DNA from: Balanoglossus misakiensis
Lineage: Eukaryota > Animalia > Hemichordata
NCBI GenBank assembly: GCA_040954595.2
Contig: CM082596.2
Coordinates: forward strand, 124,001 to 188,000
Direction of reading: 5' to 3'
DNA: 64,000 nucleotides
Positions 63,801-64,000 of the stretch are shown here, in pieces (the stretch's first letter is position 1; each line of letters starts with the position of its first letter). Under the pieces are notes generated by a model. That model made no database searches. It worked only from the letters and a program-made list of their open reading frames with translations, and was not told where the DNA came from. The position numbers were made by a program, and so were the translations under genes.

Positions 63801-64000
63801 TTAGCACCTAGAACAATGAAAACCTAACAAATATACTTAATGGACAAACGCCAAGAGACAAAGACAGTGTACTGCCAAACCAACCTTTCTCAATCCCTTA
63901 TCCATGCAACTTCTCTAGAAAAAATAATTTTTCATGCTTTTAAACATATAAAGCTTGCTATTCTAATGTTTGCAAGTTCACTAATTGGTTCTATAAACCA

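Overview
AT-rich, intron-containing animal genomic DNA with canonical GT-AG splicing; it is not prokaryotic, and I saw no CRISPR array, rRNA or tRNA. The gene content (one ALK1/2-type and one ALK4/5/7-type receptor, an ST6GalNAc1/2-like sialyltransferase) suggests an invertebrate deuterostome such as a hemichordate or echinoderm; this is inference. Nine protein-coding genes were assembled by hand from splice sites and reading-frame phases, left to right: (1) the 5' part of Trio/Kalirin (-); (2) an uncharacterised leaderless beta-trefoil-like protein (-) that the ORF track largely misses; (3) an ST6GalNAc-like GT29 sialyltransferase (+); (4) a tandem-TM2 Pro-rich protein (-); (5) an orphan coiled-coil protein (+); (6, 7) two head-to-head BTB-BACK-Kelch paralogs; (8) ALK4/5/7 (-); (9) ALK1/2 (-, first coding exon not found). 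There are also several MITE-like or palindromic elements. The best leads are the orphan beta-trefoil protein, the ALK1/2-to-ALK4/5/7 tandem that mirrors the vertebrate ACVR1-ACVR1C and ACVRL1-ACVR1B pairs, and the bidirectional Kelch pair. I cannot demonstrate a new biological system from sequence alone.
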